Source: an uncultured bacterium
Lineage (GTDB): Bacteria > Patescibacteriota > JACMRA01
DNA: 64,000 bases
Direction of reading: 5' to 3'
Assembly (NCBI GenBank): GCA_963704645.1
Contig: OY969926.1
Span: forward strand, 1,124,491-1,188,490
The notes beneath the pieces were generated by a model. The model ran no database searches, had not been told where the DNA came from, and saw only the letters and a program-made list of their open reading frames with translations. Below are positions 19,170 to 29,223 of the stretch, in pieces. Numbering within the stretch: position 1 is the first letter of the stretch; every line of letters begins with the position of its first letter. The position numbers and the translations under genes are program-made.

Positions 19170-19218
19170 ACAAATTGCCGTTAGGTACGACCTCTCAGAA
19201 ATGAGAGGGTTAATTTTT
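19170..19218 (+). ncRNA. candidate ~50-nt convergent small RNA (second copy)
   Basis: Predicted only. Hairpin CCTCTCA-GAAA-TGAGAGG (19191-19208) followed by a T5 run (19214-19218) that overlaps the last codons of 19210-19605. Confidence 0.3.
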
Positions 19219-19605
19219 GCCCAAAATAATCTGAGACATTTTTCTTTTAAGAATCAATAATTCGTTATCACTAATTTTTCCAAGTTTGTAGCTTAATCTT
19301 TGTACATCTATAGCTTTCATCTGAGAAAGTAAAACTGATATATTTTTCTGACGCATTTTTAAATTGAAATAATATTTATTATCTTTAATTTTAGAACTTG
19401 TTGGCAAACCATAGAATAGTTTATGGTTGAACTTTCGTATTATCACAACTGGACGTAAAAACTGGTCACCTTTTCCGTTTTCCTCATGACCTATATTTTC
19501 TCCTAAATGACACCACCATATCTCCGCTTCTCTAAAAACCGGGTATTTTTCATTTTCATGTAATTTTGGTTTTAACTTAAACCAGTCCAAAAAGTTTTTA
19601 ATCAT
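19210..19605 (-). CDS. PemK/MazF-family toxin-like protein with N-terminal extension, no adjacent antitoxin ORF
   Basis: AEIWWCHLGENIGHEENGK...RPVVII...LPTSS...LLSQMKAIDVQRL. Roughly one-third identical by eye to 14249-14644. Confidence 0.75.
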   Translation of the reverse strand: MIKNFLDWFKLKPKLHENEKYPVFREAEIWWCHLGENIGHEENGKGDQFLRPVVIIRKFNHKLFYGLPTSSKIKDNKYYFNLKMRQKNISVLLSQMKAIDVQRLSYKLGKISDNELLILKRKMSQIILGKN

Positions 19606-19719
19606 ACTTTTGTTTATATTTTATGCTTAATAAGCTACAATTTTTAGGCAAGAAAAAAGACCAATGTATTTTTGTACAAAGGCCTATTTAAAATATTACT
19701 CAATCGAGAATGGGCATGT

Positions 19720-20403
19720 TTAGAAACCAGCTGTAGGGCTTCCAAAAATTTCCACTTCCACTTTTTTATCTCTCAAATATACCAGACTGTCTGGATACTT
19801 GAAATCGATGGTTAGCGGGAAATTTCCCAAACCTTGGTAATCACCAATAACTATTTTCCGCTCCCCCTTCTTCTCACCTAAACTTAGGCCGTAAGCTTCG
19901 TCAGTTTTAGGACCTTTGGTGGTTACTTGAAACTGGAGTTTTAGACCAGTTGCAGTTTTCGCAATTGAATGACACTCAATTGCAGACTGCAATTTAGGCT
20001 CACCATTTTCATCAAGCCAAAAGCTTAGAAGAGTAGGATAGCCATTTGGCATTATCATTTTCACATGAATAAGCTTTGTTCCAGGCCAGCTGACTGACAC
20101 TTCATAAGCTCTTCTGTCTGAAGAAACAAATGTCTCTTTTTTTACTGTTTGCTGGCCATATTTTGACTGTTGGTTCGCAAGCCAATTTTTAGTTGCACTA
20201 GCCATATCTTTCTCAAAGTCATCAAAACTTAGCTGATAAACTAGCTTTGGTGAGGTTAGCTCGATCTGCTGTACAGGATTTTCTGTGTTGGTGGGTTGTG
20301 TTAAAGTTTGCGTAACTCCACAAGCATTTAAACTAACAACACAAAAAACGCTGACAAGTAGAAAAGTCACAAACTGCAAAACTTTTTTTAATGAGCGAGT
20401 CAT
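19720..20403 (-). CDS. putative lipoprotein
   Basis: Signal peptide with lipobox VVSLNAC-G. 227 aa. Confidence 0.7.
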   Translation of the reverse strand: MTRSLKKVLQFVTFLLVSVFCVVSLNACGVTQTLTQPTNTENPVQQIELTSPKLVYQLSFDDFEKDMASATKNWLANQQSKYGQQTVKKETFVSSDRRAYEVSVSWPGTKLIHVKMIMPNGYPTLLSFWLDENGEPKLQSAIECHSIAKTATGLKLQFQVTTKGPKTDEAYGLSLGEKKGERKIVIGDYQGLGNFPLTIDFKYPDSLVYLRDKKVEVEIFGSPTAGF

Positions 20404-20507
20404 CTTGAAATCTCCATCAATTATAAGTGAATTATAGTTTTAAACTATACTTATATAAAAGCACATATTTTGGGTTAAAGCAAGCTTGTTTTTCTTTTAT
20501 TTTCCCA

Positions 20508-21854
20508 CTATATTCCCATGTTGTTATAATGTGTGCCGAAAGATAATATATTAATTTGCCCGTCATAGCCTTGGTTCATACAAAGTCTATTTTTATCGTT
20601 AAGTCTGGCTGACATAAAACAATTTGCCCCATTTTTGATAAATTCTAAGTTTAGGCCTTTGTAATTAGAGTAATGGCTAACAAAAGCCTCCAGATTTCCA
20701 CCACATTGTGCTATAAGTTTAAAAATATCTGTTATTTTCTGTACATTTTTGTAGTTGTTTAGAACCGACATTGAGTTATTTTTATAAGCCTTGTTTTCAA
20801 TTTTATAATTAATACCTAGAGATGTTAAATTGTGTTTTAGTAGTTCTATACCAGTGTAATTAGCGTAGTCTTGCTGTGTTTCATAAGTAGTGCTTTCCGC
20901 TTCTTGATAAGGCTGATATTGATATTCGTACTCATAATTTTGCTCTGGCTCAGAGCTTTCATATCCTCGTTCAAAACTCTCAGGCTCTTCTATTAAACTT
21001 TCCTCTTGATCATCTAAATTATCATCTGCAGAGGTTTCACGATCAAGCAACCAATAGGTATTATTTATAATTTGATGTAATACAGACTCATTGCTTTTAA
21101 AACCATCAAACATCACAGCAGGATTATTTTGTATTGGAACTAAAATATCGCTTTGGAAATTATACCCAAAAGCTGTTTGCAATGTTGCTCTAGTGTCATT
21201 TAATGTAGTACTGATAAAGCCTGTAGTAAGATTTACATTTTTTGCTCTGCTAGATTTGGCAAAACCAGTTTGTTTAACTCTATCCATAGTGTTATTTTCC
21301 AGCTTAATCACGCCCATTTTATCTAAATTTATTAGCGAAAGCCCTAGTGATGAATGTAAACGTACCAGCTCTATTAATAAATTTTCAGTGTCCCAATATC
21401 CTTCACCGGAATCAGGGTTAACCATAAACAATGAACCAAGTCTTGAATTTCTTAAATTTTTAACGTCATTCAAAACGTACAAGCTTACTATCATTAAATA
21501 AATACATTTATAGTTTATACTTAGAATGTTTTCAGTGTCACCTTGGTCTATTGAATTAGCAATTTCATCCATAACCTCTTTAGTAAGATTTATGCAATCT
21601 TCAAGAAAGTCACCTGGCCCGCCTTGGCTACTCCATTTACCAGATAAAATACCTGATAATAATAAGTTTTCAATTTCATCTAATATATAATATGTCTGAT
21701 ATCTTGTGTCAAAATTTTCAAAGTAATTAATTAAGTCTAAGCCTTCTTTTCTCAATGCCCATCTTTCTGTTGAATTAAGATTTTTCTCTAAGAAAAATAA
21801 TATCCCTTTATATACATCTGATCTTGTATCTTCAAAATAACTGTCTCTTTCCAT
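20508..21854 (-). CDS. hypothetical protein with an acidic/Tyr-rich linker and a C-terminal RelE/ParE/YoeB-like domain
   Basis: The last ~95 aa (INYKIENKAYKN...QKITDIFKLIAQ...FMSARLNDKNRLCMNQGYDGQINILSFGTHY) follow the RelE/YoeB pattern (YKIEFS.., ..SRRI..HRLVY......I.I...G.H.Y). The N-terminal ~330 aa are unassigned. Confidence 0.7.
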   Translation of the reverse strand: MERDSYFEDTRSDVYKGILFFLEKNLNSTERWALRKEGLDLINYFENFDTRYQTYYILDEIENLLLSGILSGKWSSQGGPGDFLEDCINLTKEVMDEIANSIDQGDTENILSINYKCIYLMIVSLYVLNDVKNLRNSRLGSLFMVNPDSGEGYWDTENLLIELVRLHSSLGLSLINLDKMGVIKLENNTMDRVKQTGFAKSSRAKNVNLTTGFISTTLNDTRATLQTAFGYNFQSDILVPIQNNPAVMFDGFKSNESVLHQIINNTYWLLDRETSADDNLDDQEESLIEEPESFERGYESSEPEQNYEYEYQYQPYQEAESTTYETQQDYANYTGIELLKHNLTSLGINYKIENKAYKNNSMSVLNNYKNVQKITDIFKLIAQCGGNLEAFVSHYSNYKGLNLEFIKNGANCFMSARLNDKNRLCMNQGYDGQINILSFGTHYNNMGI

Positions 21855-21903
21855 AATAAAATTAACTCAAGCACAAAAATTTAAGTTTAGCAAAATATTT
21901 TGC

Positions 21904-24387
21904 CTACCCCTGCTCTTCCCATTTCCAACTCAAAACCTCTGGTAAATCATTTCCGTTTTCAACAATGTATTTTTTGTGTTCTACTAGTTTTGATTTTAAG
22001 ATTTGGATTAATTCTACAGACTTTTCTGCTATAATTGAATTATTTTTTGAGGCTATTTCCAAAGCTTTAATTGCCATGTCAAACCTTGATGTTCCATTTA
22101 AAACTTGCATGTCAAAAGGTGTTGTTGTACTGCCTTGTTCCATATAACCCAAAATTGTGGTTTTACTAGCTAAACTTGTACCATACAAAATTTGTTTTAA
22201 AGCACTTGGGTAACCGTGGAAGTTTATTAAAACTTCAGTATTTTCTGGGAAAATTCGCTTATAAATTTGTTCAGCATTTTCAGTCGAGGAGACAGCACCC
22301 AAACCAAAACTAGTTAGCTGGCTTATATTTACATATTTAAATGAAAGTTCTGGAGCGTTTTGTTTCAGCCAGCTAATTGCAGCCATAGTTTCCAAAGTTT
22401 GATAGTCGCCAGCTGAAGCTAAAATAATATCTGGAGATGAATTTTGAGAGTTGTTTACACCAGAATTACCAGCAAATTCCCATTCCATAATACCTGCTTC
22501 AACTTGAGCTTTAGCCTTATTTACATCAAGCCATTGTGGAAGATCAGTTTTACCTGCTACAATTAAATTTACAGTGTTATTTTCGGTTAAAACTTTTTTT
22601 GCAACTTCTAAACCAATATTAACATCTACTGGGAAATATACATTGGCGAAATCTACATTTTTAGATAGCAAAGTATTAATTAGAACAGGGTTTTGATGCG
22701 TAAAACCGTTATGATCTTGCCTCCAAGTTGTGCTGGTTGCAATGTAATTCATGCTTGGTCTACTGCCCCTCCAATTAAATTTGTTCGCCTGACTGGAATA
22801 CTTAATAAATTGGTCAATTTGACTTATAATAATGGCTAGAAAAGCTTCGTAAGAAATTAAAATACCGTAACCCCCAAAGGCATTATAACCTTGCATCCAG
22901 CTTTGCAAAGTTTGCTCGCTAAGTATCTCCATAATTTGTCCACTTTCACCTAAATTGTCGTCCCATTCTTTTAGTGGAAGATTAAAAACTCTGTCTGTGT
23001 TTTCGTATAAAGTTTCTAATCGGTTAGACTCGGCTTCGTCTGGGGAAAAAATTCTGAATTTATTTGGGTTCTGGCTAATAATTTGGCTTAAATATTTTGA
23101 AACATGAACCATTAAATTACCATTTTGACCTTTAACTAAAGTTTGGATTTGGAAGTTTAAAATATCAGGCAAAGCAAGCGGTTGATTAGCTAATGATAAA
23201 GTTGATTGAATATTACCAAGTCTATTTTCTGGGGATGGTAAAAACTTTGTTACTTCTGGACGCACCGTGTTTTGCAATGTGTCTACCAGCTCTTCAATTT
23301 TGTAAGATTCAAGCCAGCTTTTTAGCACTTCAAATTCAGCTTTATTTTGTTTAGGATTTTTTAAAGGAAGCCCGTGAGCCAAATTATTTCCTTCAATTTT
23401 CCCCCCATTAGCAAATTTCGGCCCAGTCCAACCCTTCAAAGTTCGCAGTAAAATAACAGGTAATTTAGTGGTTTTACCAGCTTTATAATTTACAATTTGT
23501 TGATAAGCTAAGGTTAAAGTTTCCAAATACGTTGTAAGCCATTCTTCACTTTCATTTAAATCAGCAAAGTTCTGAGTAACCAAAAATGGTTTATAATTTA
23601 AGCCTTCAAAGTACTTAAATAAATCTTCATCACTCATTCTGCTGTATACAGTTGGGCCAGAAATTTTGTAATCATTTAAGTGTAAAATTGGTAGAACAGC
23701 TCCGTCAGATTCACGGTTAATAAATTTATTACTTTGCCAAGAAGCAGCCAAAGCACCAGTTTCAGCCTCACCGTCACCAACCACGCAAACCGTAATTAAA
23801 TGGGGGTTAGATAATATAGAGCCATAAGCTAAACCAAGAGAATAACCTAACTCTCCCCCTTCATTTATACTACCAGGGAGACCAGGATAAGTGTGACTTG
23901 GAAAGCCTTCAGGCCAGCTAAAATTTTTAATTAGGTTTTCTGCACCAGTTAAAGTTTCAGGGTATTGTGGGTAATATTTGCCTAAACTTCCCTCAAGCCA
24001 CAAATTGCTTAAAATAGCAGGAGCTCCATGCCCTGGCCCAACAATTAACAACATTTTTGCAGGGGAATACTGGTCATTTAACGTCTCACCTACTTTCTTA
24101 ACATCTTCAGTAGCGGAGAATCTTGATTCTCCATTTCCAATGTGCAAGTTAAAATTCAACCAATTCAAACCAGCATAAATTAAATTAAGCCCTGGAACAG
24201 TTCCCCAATGCCCAACTACTCTTTCTTTCAAATGATGTTCAACTAATGGTTCTTCCAACCAAAAATTATCTTTTAAATATAAAGTAGAAACAGAAATATA
24301 GTTAGTTAAACGAATATTTTTTATTAGCCAGTCTAAATCTGCACTGTATTTATTTTTATTTAAAGGATTTTTTGAAGTTTCCGGCAT
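21904..24387 (-). CDS. xfp: xylulose-5-phosphate/fructose-6-phosphate phosphoketolase
   Basis: 827 aa. VVGHWGTVPGLNLIYAGLN, GPGHGAPA and the TPP-binding GDGEAETG blocks are typical of phosphoketolases. Confidence 0.95.
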   Translation of the reverse strand: MPETSKNPLNKNKYSADLDWLIKNIRLTNYISVSTLYLKDNFWLEEPLVEHHLKERVVGHWGTVPGLNLIYAGLNWLNFNLHIGNGESRFSATEDVKKVGETLNDQYSPAKMLLIVGPGHGAPAILSNLWLEGSLGKYYPQYPETLTGAENLIKNFSWPEGFPSHTYPGLPGSINEGGELGYSLGLAYGSILSNPHLITVCVVGDGEAETGALAASWQSNKFINRESDGAVLPILHLNDYKISGPTVYSRMSDEDLFKYFEGLNYKPFLVTQNFADLNESEEWLTTYLETLTLAYQQIVNYKAGKTTKLPVILLRTLKGWTGPKFANGGKIEGNNLAHGLPLKNPKQNKAEFEVLKSWLESYKIEELVDTLQNTVRPEVTKFLPSPENRLGNIQSTLSLANQPLALPDILNFQIQTLVKGQNGNLMVHVSKYLSQIISQNPNKFRIFSPDEAESNRLETLYENTDRVFNLPLKEWDDNLGESGQIMEILSEQTLQSWMQGYNAFGGYGILISYEAFLAIIISQIDQFIKYSSQANKFNWRGSRPSMNYIATSTTWRQDHNGFTHQNPVLINTLLSKNVDFANVYFPVDVNIGLEVAKKVLTENNTVNLIVAGKTDLPQWLDVNKAKAQVEAGIMEWEFAGNSGVNNSQNSSPDIILASAGDYQTLETMAAISWLKQNAPELSFKYVNISQLTSFGLGAVSSTENAEQIYKRIFPENTEVLINFHGYPSALKQILYGTSLASKTTILGYMEQGSTTTPFDMQVLNGTSRFDMAIKALEIASKNNSIIAEKSVELIQILKSKLVEHKKYIVENGNDLPEVLSWKWEEQG

Positions 24388-24633
24388 AGTTGAACTAAGT
24401 ATAAATTAAAAGTTGATTATGGCCAAATTGACCTTTTAGCAAGACTATGCTTAAACATAAAATATGTTCGTCTTAAATGATAATTGTTCAGTGGTTTCAA
24501 AACCAATGAAACTTACTTGTAGATTTCCAACCAATGCATAGAACCCCTATATTTTCTATATATTCGCTGGGAATTTCCTAGCGTTTTTGTTTTACGAAAA
24601 AAACATTTATTTAGAGTTGGAGAAATTAACATC

Positions 24634-25188
24634 GTGATTGGATCAAATTTGTTTAATGCTGGCGAGTGTGAAGTTTTAGATTCTGAAAGGTTAATTTTGA
24701 GACCTTTAGAAGTTGATGATTTACAGGCAATTATGGCTTATGCTACAGACCCCGAGACTGTAAAGTGGTTAAGCATTGGCGTTCAAACTGAAGAGCAGGT
24801 TTTGTTTTGGCTTACCAAACAAATTTTATCTTACAGCCAACCCAGTTCAAGTCTAACTTGGGCAATCTGCTTGCAAGAAACTGGTGAATGCATTGGTTGT
24901 ATTGAGTTAGTTTCTGACGGCACTATTGGCTATGCATCCGCCCAAAAATATTGGGGTAATGGATACATGACCGAAGCTGTTAGAATTGTAACATCTTTCG
25001 CTTTTAAATTTGAATTTATAGATTGCCTAAAAATTCCTGTCTACCAACCCAACATTGCATCGCAGAAAGTTGCTCTAAACAATGGGTTTACACAAGGCTC
25101 ACTCATTCCTAACCACACACTAAAAAATGGCGAGTCTTTATCTGCCTATGTTTTCAGATTAACCAAAGAGGAATATTTCTCAAAATAA
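24634..25188 (+). CDS. GNAT family N-acetyltransferase (RimJ/RimL-like)
   Basis: ERLILRPLEVDDLQAIMAYATDPE N-terminal block and WGNGYMTEA acetyl-CoA loop. GTG start as in the ORF track. Confidence 0.85.
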   Translation: MIGSNLFNAGECEVLDSERLILRPLEVDDLQAIMAYATDPETVKWLSIGVQTEEQVLFWLTKQILSYSQPSSSLTWAICLQETGECIGCIELVSDGTIGYASAQKYWGNGYMTEAVRIVTSFAFKFEFIDCLKIPVYQPNIASQKVALNNGFTQGSLIPNHTLKNGESLSAYVFRLTKEEYFSK

Positions 25189-25264
25189 AAACAACCCCTA
25201 GAATATTATTTTCTGGGGGAATATTTTTTGGTAAATAATTCTTTATTAAAAGCAATAATTTCAA

Positions 25265-26899
25265 CTAGCCTAAAAACCTTTTATTTGGTAATGAGTTTTG
25301 AGTAAGATTGTTCGGATTCAAAGTTGAATTATCAACATTTTGAGAAGAGTTTGGAATATTTGGAGTTGCAATAGTTTCATTTTGATTAGAAACATCTACT
25401 ACATTTTCGCCACTTATTACAGCGTCCGCTTCTACATGTTCTATATTTTCGTAAGGCCAAACAGGTTGAGACGAATTATTTTGAACAGGGTTTGAAAATG
25501 TAATATCTGGCAAAACTTCATCTGAAGAGCTAGGTTGTAAATTAGAGGAATTGAATTGAGAAGTTTGATCAAATGAAGTTGGAGAAGTATTAAAACTGCT
25601 AGTATTTGATGACAGTATTTCATCATTTAACCCCGTCTCTCTTGGGTAATTATCTAAGCTAAATTCATCTTCAGGTTTTTCCAAATTAGAAACAGGAATA
25701 GAATTCTGTATCAGTTTAGGTTGCTCAGTTTGGCTTAGCATACTTTTAAACTGTCCATCTAGGGTTGGGTTTGCAATATTCGTATTAATAGTTGGCGCGG
25801 GCTGTTTATTGCTTAATAACTTCTGGTTTTTTTGTTTGGCAAAGTTAACAATATTAAGCTTTTCTAAAATCAACATAACAATGTTTATTAATAACAAAAC
25901 ACCAGAAAAAATAAGAGCCGGTAAAATTAAATTGAAAGACAAACGAAGCAAATTCCAAGCTAATAAATTAACAATTTCGCTGGTTGCAAAACCTGGTAAA
26001 AGTAGCAGGTTAAGACTGGAACTTAAATAGGCAAAACCACCCGTAACCAATAGCCAAAAAACACATAAACTTAAAGTGCTAGTAGAAATAAACCAAGAAA
26101 GTCTACGTAAATAAGCCAACATTTTGCGGTTGGAAAACGCCACCAAAGCTAAATTTGCAGCAATTAGAAGAGCAAATACTGCAAAGTAGACTAAGGCTTT
26201 GCTTCTAAAATCTAGCAACTGATCACGTGCCCAATTCAACCTGCTTAATGTAACTTGATTGGCTCCAGAAATTATAGATTCTGCCCTTACTTGATTACTT
26301 AGCGGGGAAATTGGGTTATTTTTTAATACATCATCTAAGCTATTAAAACCATTTTGCTGTGCAACACCTAATACTTCAGAAAGCTTTTTTGAACCATCTT
26401 TAACCTCAGCTGGTAAACAAAAAGTTTTGCTGGAATCGTATCCCTCAGTTTTTAATTTAGCTAAATCTTCGGTTGAGCAAGTTTCAATATTTGTGTTACT
26501 TTCTTTGGCAATTTTACTAGCCTGTTCGTCTATACCCTCCCTTACAACTTTTTCTATATCTGAGGTTGGTAAATAAAAATTTAAAATATTTGAGTCTCCT
26601 TGTAGCCACCTTGTAACGTAATCTATATTAGTTTCTGATACATTTTTAAGCCAATCTGGAGTTACTAGTTTATTTACAATCGGCCCAATTACTAAGTATC
26701 CAATGGCCTGACTAGAGCCAGGAGTATTTTCATAATTCTTCTTAAGTTGGTCGTTAAGTTTAGAATAAAAGTTTTCTTGGTTTAAAGAATCTTTATGAAT
26801 ACTGGCGTTTGGCAATGTAAAAGCAATACTAAAAGCCACAATTAATAGTGGTAAAATTGCCACAATAAAACCCTGAAGAAATGTTTGTAATAAACGCAT
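25265..26899 (-). CDS. multi-pass membrane protein with a low-complexity Asn/Ser/Pro-rich C-terminal tail
   Basis: N-terminal TM, a central cluster of TM helices (aa ~235-345), then a disordered tail. Confidence 0.7.
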   Translation of the reverse strand: MRLLQTFLQGFIVAILPLLIVAFSIAFTLPNASIHKDSLNQENFYSKLNDQLKKNYENTPGSSQAIGYLVIGPIVNKLVTPDWLKNVSETNIDYVTRWLQGDSNILNFYLPTSDIEKVVREGIDEQASKIAKESNTNIETCSTEDLAKLKTEGYDSSKTFCLPAEVKDGSKKLSEVLGVAQQNGFNSLDDVLKNNPISPLSNQVRAESIISGANQVTLSRLNWARDQLLDFRSKALVYFAVFALLIAANLALVAFSNRKMLAYLRRLSWFISTSTLSLCVFWLLVTGGFAYLSSSLNLLLLPGFATSEIVNLLAWNLLRLSFNLILPALIFSGVLLLINIVMLILEKLNIVNFAKQKNQKLLSNKQPAPTINTNIANPTLDGQFKSMLSQTEQPKLIQNSIPVSNLEKPEDEFSLDNYPRETGLNDEILSSNTSSFNTSPTSFDQTSQFNSSNLQPSSSDEVLPDITFSNPVQNNSSQPVWPYENIEHVEADAVISGENVVDVSNQNETIATPNIPNSSQNVDNSTLNPNNLTQNSLPNKRFLG

Positions 26900-26954
26900 G
26901 ATGTTCTATACCTAGTTACACCACTTTGCTTTGTCAAACCAAGGCACTAAAAAT

Positions 26955-27698
26955 CTATAATTTAAAACTATCAAACCCTTCGTATTTGTCAAAAGATAGC
27001 AGATATAAACTTTTGAGGGTGTTTTTTGAATATTCTTTTAATTCCATTAGCACAGTATTTATACTAGCTCTATCTGAGTTTTCCAATACAGCATCGTCTA
27101 TTATTATAGGTAATTTCTCACATAATTTTTTAAAAGCAAATTTATCCCCAGTTACAATTTCATAAAATTTATCAATGGAAACTCTTCTAATTCTATCGTT
27201 TCTCATTTGCCCACTATCAACGCTTATTACCCAAGGCGAGTTTTGGCTTTTTTTGGCTATCACTTCAACTAACATGCAAGTTGCATTAGAATTTTGCAAT
27301 AGTTTATTTTGCATAGAAATATAAATTTTTTGCGCAGACCCAGAGTTCATTGTGTTATGCTTATTTTTTATTTCTACAAAGATATTGTCCTTTTCATTCA
27401 CAATATCAAAACCTTTTTTTGGAACAGTCCAGTCTTTTGAAATATACTTGAATATATTTTGATGAAAATAACCAATTAAGTTACTGTTAGTTTTATCTAC
27501 TTGTCTTATTACTTCGTTTTGAATACCTTCTTCTATTGTAATACCATATATTTTTGAATCGAAAGTCATTTTTATTGGATCAACTAAGTTTTTGTTGAAC
27601 GCCTTTAAATTGCTTTCAAATCTATAGCTTTCAACAGTTTCTTTGACGTGCTTGAATATATTTTCATCGGAAATAAAGCCTAAATTATATTTATTCAT
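26955..27698 (-). CDS. putative type II restriction endonuclease (partner of the adjacent C5-methyltransferase)
   Basis: Its start overlaps the methyltransferase stop by 8 nt on the same strand. The call rests on context only; I do not recognise the family with certainty. Confidence 0.55.
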   Translation of the reverse strand: MNKYNLGFISDENIFKHVKETVESYRFESNLKAFNKNLVDPIKMTFDSKIYGITIEEGIQNEVIRQVDKTNSNLIGYFHQNIFKYISKDWTVPKKGFDIVNEKDNIFVEIKNKHNTMNSGSAQKIYISMQNKLLQNSNATCMLVEVIAKKSQNSPWVISVDSGQMRNDRIRRVSIDKFYEIVTGDKFAFKKLCEKLPIIIDDAVLENSDRASINTVLMELKEYSKNTLKSLYLLSFDKYEGFDSFKL

Positions 27699-29100
27699 AA
27701 TTGTGTGTAATTAACGGTACTAAAATTTTAACCAACTCTCTAACTATATTTACCCCAAGGGCATTTCCTAGTAATCCCATGCTTTTTATGTAGTTACTGG
27801 GTAAAATAAATGTGTCTGGGAAACCTTGTATTCTAGCCCCTTCTCTAATTTTTATTTTTCTAAATTTTTTCTTATTATATATTTCTTTAATAAAATAATT
27901 TTTTTTATCCTTAATCTCAGATGGAATGTCAATTTCAGAAATATAGTCTCTAACGCCTGTTTTAGTTAAAGTTGAAAACACATGAGAAGAAGGCAAATAA
28001 ACTCTATAAATACTGTTTATACCTGATGAATTTTTAGAATTTACAAAGTCATATTTTTCACCTCTTTTAATTAAAATATTTTTGGAAACAAGACTATTTA
28101 AATTATCAATCAAACTTTCTAAGGCGCTTCCTTCTATTTTTAAAATATCTTGTATATTTTGAACACTTAGCGGATTACCGTCTTTATCTCCATATATTTT
28201 CCTTCTTCTATTTTTTAGGACAGCAAAACAAATTTGTATTTCCTCCTCACTTGTATCAATTAAATCCCAGGAGTGAATGCTATGCTTCCCATTTCTGGTG
28301 TCGCAAAATGTGAAGAAATTTTCATTGTTAACTAAGAAGGATATATTAAACGAATTTTTAAGGTTATTATTGTTTATTACATTTTGGCTGTTAATACTAA
28401 CAGTATTTTCGATAACAGAGCTTAAGTTGGGTAATTGTTTATAACTTTCTGGATAGTGGAACTCTTTTTTTATATCTTTAGAAATTCCAACAATAAATAT
28501 CCTTTCTCTACTTTGCGGCAAACCATAATCAAAAGTGTTTAGTACTTTATATTTAACATTGTAACCAATATCTTCAAAAGACTTAATTATTAATTTTAAA
28601 CTTTCTTTATTTCTTGGATCGGCCAAACCTTTTACATTCTCAAATATAAAGGCCTTGGGTTGAGAATGCTCAACAAATTTTATAGTATCAAACCATAAAG
28701 CCCCTCTTGGGTCATCAAACCCTTGTCTTTTTCCAGCAACAGACCAAGACTGACACGGAACCCCGCCCGTTATTATATCAGCTTTTGGTATATCTGAGAT
28801 TTTAGTTATATCGCCTAAAAATATTTCTGAGTCTGTTTTAAAATTTTTTCTATAAACATCAATTGCAGTAGAATCAATTTCAGAAAAAGCAACACATCGC
28901 CCACCCATCTCTTCCAAAGGAATTCTAAAACCTCCAATTCCTGCATAAAGATCAATGAATGTAAAAAGTTTTTGGCTTTCTTTTTTTTCATCTTCTAGAT
29001 TTCTATCAAGTTCATAAGTGAAACCCAAAGTATCTTGCTTATAACTCTTTGATTGAATTTTCAGTTTTTCATCTATTTTAGTTTTTACAACACTAGGCAT
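27691..29100 (-). CDS. DNA (cytosine-5)-methyltransferase
   Basis: Motif I LYAGIGGF, IV GGVPCQSWS, VI ENVKGL, VIII QSRERIFIVG, IX RIQGFPDTF, X GNALGVNIV. A long target-recognition insert lies between VIII and IX. Confidence 0.95.
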   Translation of the reverse strand: MPSVVKTKIDEKLKIQSKSYKQDTLGFTYELDRNLEDEKKESQKLFTFIDLYAGIGGFRIPLEEMGGRCVAFSEIDSTAIDVYRKNFKTDSEIFLGDITKISDIPKADIITGGVPCQSWSVAGKRQGFDDPRGALWFDTIKFVEHSQPKAFIFENVKGLADPRNKESLKLIIKSFEDIGYNVKYKVLNTFDYGLPQSRERIFIVGISKDIKKEFHYPESYKQLPNLSSVIENTVSINSQNVINNNNLKNSFNISFLVNNENFFTFCDTRNGKHSIHSWDLIDTSEEEIQICFAVLKNRRRKIYGDKDGNPLSVQNIQDILKIEGSALESLIDNLNSLVSKNILIKRGEKYDFVNSKNSSGINSIYRVYLPSSHVFSTLTKTGVRDYISEIDIPSEIKDKKNYFIKEIYNKKKFRKIKIREGARIQGFPDTFILPSNYIKSMGLLGNALGVNIVRELVKILVPLITHNYE

Positions 29101-29223
29101 AGTTTGTGTTTATAATTTTAATTTATATGTAGCGATTGAATTTATGTCCAAAAAAAGTATATTCAGAAATTTGGACTTCTTCTTCAATTTGCCATTTACC
29201 CTATTATATACCACCAATGAAAT

